In this document: positions 61,011 to 64,000 of the stretch, one piece after another | How positions within the stretch are numbered: the first letter of the stretch is position 1 | Layout: each line of letters begins with the position of its first letter | DNA from: Spirochaetia bacterium | GTDB lineage: Bacteria; Spirochaetota; Spirochaetia; SZUA-6; Bin103 | Reading direction: 5' to 3' | Assembly: GCA_965215345.1 (NCBI GenBank) | Contig: CBDCDL010000002.1 | Coordinates: 2,250,605-2,314,604, forward strand | DNA length: 64,000 nt | Position numbers and translations under genes: made by a program | Notes under the pieces: model-generated | What the model saw: the letters and a program-made list of their open reading frames with translations, nothing else | The model's database searches: none | Told to the model about the DNA's origin: nothing

Positions 61011-61023
61011 GGTCCGTCCGCAC

Positions 61024-62127
61024 ATGAACGCCGCCACTCCGATCGGATTGCCCGTCAGCGCGCTGGACACCCCGGCGCTGCTGGTCGACCTGGACCTGCT
61101 GGACCGCAACATCGAACGGATCGCCCGCGTCGTGATCGACGATGCCGGCATCGGCTGGCGGCCGCACACCAAGGGCCTGAAGACGCCGGCGCTGGCGCAC
61201 CGCCTGATCGCCCGCGGCGCGCTGGGGGTGACCTGCGCCAAGCTGGGGGAGGCGGAGGTGATGGCCTCAGCCGGCATCAAGGACATCCTGGTCGCCAACC
61301 AGGTGGTCGGACCGGCCAAGACGCGGCGCCTCGCGCACCTGTGCCGCGGCGGCGCCGACGTGGTGGTCGCCGTCGATTCGGAGACCGGCATACGGCAGGT
61401 CGGCGAGGCGGCCACCGCCGCCGGCAGCGAGGTGCGCGTGGTGGTCGAGCTGAACGTCGGCATGGACCGCGCCGGGGTCGCCCCGGGGGAGGAGGCGGTG
61501 CGCATGGCGCGCGTCGCCGCCGACACTCCGGGCGTGCGGCTGGCCGGGCTGATGGCGTGGGAAGGGCACACCCTCGGCATCGAGCCGATCGATGCGAAGC
61601 GCGCGGCCATCGAAGCAGCCGTCGGCCTGCTGACCGACAGCGCCGACCGCTGCCGCGCGGCCGGGCTGCCGATCGACATCGTGAGCTGCGGCGGCACCGG
61701 CAGCTACTGGATCACCGCCCGCCAGCCGGGCGTGACCGAGATCCAGGCCGGCGGCGGCGTGCTCGGCGACGCCATGTACCGCCAGCGGTTCGGGGTCGAC
61801 CACGACTGCGCGCTGCGCATCGCCGCCACGGTCACCAGCCGGCCGACCCCGCAACGGGTCATCTGCGACGCCGGCCGCAAGACCATGAGCGTGGAGCCGA
61901 CCACGCCGCAGGTGCAGGGCATCGCGGTGACGGAAGCGAAGTTCTCCGCCGAGCACGGGGCGCTGACCCTGGCCGAGCCGTCGGCGGAGCCCGGCGTCGG
62001 CGACCGGCTGGAGTTCATCGCCGGCTACTCGGACACCACCGTCTTCCTGCACGACACCATCTACGCGACACGCGACGGCGTCGTGGAGGCGGTCTGGCCG
62101 CTACTCGGCCGCGGGCGCCTGACCTGA
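61024..62127 (+). CDS. Alanine racemase-domain protein (DSD1 family: D-serine deaminase / D-threonine aldolase-like, PLP-dependent)
   Basis: LLVDLDLLDRNIERIA ... PHTKGLKTPALA (PLP-lysine HxKG/T context) ... C-terminal beta domain. Start at ATG 61024. Confidence 0.65.
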   Translation: MNAATPIGLPVSALDTPALLVDLDLLDRNIERIARVVIDDAGIGWRPHTKGLKTPALAHRLIARGALGVTCAKLGEAEVMASAGIKDILVANQVVGPAKTRRLAHLCRGGADVVVAVDSETGIRQVGEAATAAGSEVRVVVELNVGMDRAGVAPGEEAVRMARVAADTPGVRLAGLMAWEGHTLGIEPIDAKRAAIEAAVGLLTDSADRCRAAGLPIDIVSCGGTGSYWITARQPGVTEIQAGGGVLGDAMYRQRFGVDHDCALRIAATVTSRPTPQRVICDAGRKTMSVEPTTPQVQGIAVTEAKFSAEHGALTLAEPSAEPGVGDRLEFIAGYSDTTVFLHDTIYATRDGVVEAVWPLLGRGRLT

Positions 62128-62140
62128 ACGAGCATGGCGG

Positions 62141-63289
62141 CTACGCCTGACAGACCTCCCGCACCTGACAGACCTCCCGAACCATGCGGCGGTACACGTC
62201 CACGGCCCGGCGGAGCTGCGCCACCTCGATCCACTCCCCGTCGGTGTGGGCCTGGGCGATGTCGCCGGGACCCATCACCACGAGCTGCACGCGTTTCTTG
62301 AAGGCGTGCGCGTCGGTGCCGTACGGCACGGTCCTGGCGCGCTCGGCGCCGGTGGCTGCCAGCGCGGTGCGCACCACCTCCGAGTTCGGGTCGACCTGGA
62401 ACGGCGTGCCGGCGTGGGCTTCGACCTCCAGGCCGAGCGCGCGGGCGCGCTCCGACACCATCGCGAGCACGTCCTGCGTGCGGTCGCCCGGCGCCGGCCG
62501 GAAGGACACGGTGCAGACCGCCTTGGGGGCGCTGACGTTGGGCCGCGTGCCGAAGTCGGTGTAGACGACGTTGAAGCCGTTGGTCGGCGGATCGAAGTCG
62601 CGGTTCCAGAAGCTCTCGTCGGTGCGGAAGGTTTCCGCCAGTCCCGGCAGCTCGGCCAGGAAGGGCGCCATCAGCAGGTTGGCCGACACGCCGCGGTCGG
62701 TGGAGGTGTGCGCAGCCCGTCCGTGTGCGGTGACGATCACGCGCGCGCCGCCCTTGTGGGCGTACACCGGCACCATGCGGGTCGGTTCGGCGATGACCCC
62801 GCAGCGCGGCAGCTCGGCGTTGTAGAGCACCGACTCCCGGTCGATCTGCCGTGCGCCGCGGCCGGAGATCTCCTCGTCCGCCGTGGCCGCCACGTACACC
62901 GCGCGCTCGAGATGCTCTTCCCGCAGCGCCGCCGTTGCGCACAGCGTGGCCGCCAGCGGTCCCTTCATGTCGCAGCTTCCCAGACCGACCACCCGCTCGT
63001 CGCGCTCGACCGGGCTGTGCGGGTCGGTCGACCAGCCGTCGCCCGGGACGGTGTCCACGTGCGAGTAGAACGCCAGCCCACCGGCGCCGCGGCCCTTCTT
63101 GCCGATCACGCTGTCCTTGCGCACGCCGGTGTCGTCGCGGTAGCTGAGGCGCTCGATCTCGAAACCGTGGCGCTGCATGAAGTCCTCGACGACGTCGCAC
63201 ACCGGCGCGCTGCTCACCCGGCTCACCGAATCGACGGCCACCAGGTCCTTGGTCAGGGCTACCGGGTCTGCCCCGGTACCATCAGCCAT
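62141..63289 (-). CDS. M20-family peptidase (ArgE/acetylornithine deacetylase-like)
   Basis: SHVDTVP ... GSCDMKG ... M20 metal-ligand motifs. The C-terminus carries a 6-aa tandem duplication (VREVCQ x2) from an 18-bp DNA repeat. Confidence 0.7.
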   Translation of the reverse strand: MADGTGADPVALTKDLVAVDSVSRVSSAPVCDVVEDFMQRHGFEIERLSYRDDTGVRKDSVIGKKGRGAGGLAFYSHVDTVPGDGWSTDPHSPVERDERVVGLGSCDMKGPLAATLCATAALREEHLERAVYVAATADEEISGRGARQIDRESVLYNAELPRCGVIAEPTRMVPVYAHKGGARVIVTAHGRAAHTSTDRGVSANLLMAPFLAELPGLAETFRTDESFWNRDFDPPTNGFNVVYTDFGTRPNVSAPKAVCTVSFRPAPGDRTQDVLAMVSERARALGLEVEAHAGTPFQVDPNSEVVRTALAATGAERARTVPYGTDAHAFKKRVQLVVMGPGDIAQAHTDGEWIEVAQLRRAVDVYRRMVREVCQVREVCQA

Positions 63290-64000
63290 TGTCGCCGCTC
63301 CCCGCCGGTGCGACCGGACGGCCGGTGCGTGCCGACTCGTAGAGGGCGTCCATGAGCTCGCTCTGGCGCACGCCGTCGGTCGGGCCGGTGGCCGGCTCCT
63401 CGTCGCCGCGGATCGCCGCCACGAAATTGAGCGTGGTGGGCGTCGCCTCGCCGGTGCAACTCAGCTCGTCGACCTCGCCGTCGCCGTCGTAGGCGCGCAG
63501 CCAGCTCCCCGACCAGCCGTCGATCGCCACGCGGCCGCCGGTGAAGATGAACTCCATGCCGGAAGCGGACGCGGGACAGTTGCCGGAGATGACGATGGTG
63601 GCCAGGACGCCGCTCTCGAAACGGGCCACCAGCGCGGAGTTGATGTCCACCGGCTGGTCCATGAAGTCGACCATCGCGTAGACCTCCTCGGGGCTGGACT
63701 CGAGGGTCCAGATCAGGCTGTTCAGCAGGTGGGCGCCGGAGTCGCAGGCTTGGCCGCCGCCGGCCAGCACCGGGTCGCGCCTCCACGGCCGGCCGCTGGA
63801 GGTGAGCTTCAGCCACGGCTGCGTCAGGTAGCCGGTGACCAGCTCCAGCTTCCCCAGGCGCTCGCTGCGCACGATGGAGCGCAGCCGCTGGAAGGTCGGG
63901 GTGCAGGGCGTGTTGTAGCCGATCAGGAGCAGCTTGCCGGCGGCTTCCACGCGGTCGCGCAACGCGTAGGCGTCGGCCACGGTGGTGACCATCGGCTTCT
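63282..64000 (-). CDS. Gfo/Idh/MocA-family oxidoreductase, C-terminal part (gene continues beyond the window end)
   Basis: The C-terminal alpha/beta dimerisation-domain pattern of the family. The apparent M at 63992 is probably internal. Confidence 0.55.
   Translation of the reverse strand, partial: KPMVTTVADAYALRDRVEAAGKLLLIGYNTPCTPTFQRLRSIVRSERLGKLELVTGYLTQPWLKLTSSGRPWRRDPVLAGGGQACDSGAHLLNSLIWTLESSPEEVYAMVDFMDQPVDINSALVARFESGVLATIVISGNCPASASGMEFIFTGGRVAIDGWSGSWLRAYDGDGEVDELSCTGEATPTTLNFVAAIRGDEEPATGPTDGVRQSELMDALYESARTGRPVAPAGSGDNG

Overview
This is a high-GC (~68-70%) bacterial chromosomal window. Several genes point to a diderm organism: an ADP-heptose/heptosyltransferase pair for LPS core, and a putative outer-membrane beta-barrel protein. 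The first ~13 kb is a single + strand defense island with start/stop-overlapping genes, in this order:
- 3' part of hsdM (type I R-M methyltransferase)
- a small acidic ORF
- hsdS, the only low-GC gene in the island
- a Septu-like pair (PtuA ABC-type ATPase and PtuB HNH nuclease) wedged between hsdS and hsdR
- hsdR, which carries an in-frame C-terminal LexA/UmuD-type S24 self-cleaving peptidase module
- a Gabija pair (GajA OLD-family ATPase-TOPRIM and GajB UvrD-like helicase)
- a DUF433 gene translationally coupled to a cereblon-type CULT-domain protein
The rest is mostly housekeeping and metabolic genes:
- GNAT/Eis-like acetyltransferase, aldo-keto reductase, two M20 peptidases
- an oligopeptide-type ABC uptake system (binding protein and two permeases)
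- mannonate dehydratase, a MurA paralog, ferredoxin-type sulfite/nitrite reductase, acetyl-CoA synthetase, a cytochrome P450
- XdhC and a MobA-like gene, a DUF58/transglutaminase pair, two SDRs, a nitroreductase
This part is punctuated by mobile or selfish elements:
- an IS1634-family IS, inserted between a frameshifted MFS transporter gene and a 2-hydroxyacid dehydrogenase
- a Phd/YefM-PIN toxin-antitoxin cassette that truncated an ABC ATPase gene
- a lower-GC islet with a DUF2628-like membrane protein and an MNT-HEPN pair
- an IS66-family element (tnpA, tnpB, tnpC) with a perfect 8-bp target-site duplication, which disrupts an AlbA_2-like gene
No CRISPR array, rRNA or tRNA was recognised by eye. 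Many long ORFs in the six-frame track are antisense artifacts of the high GC content.
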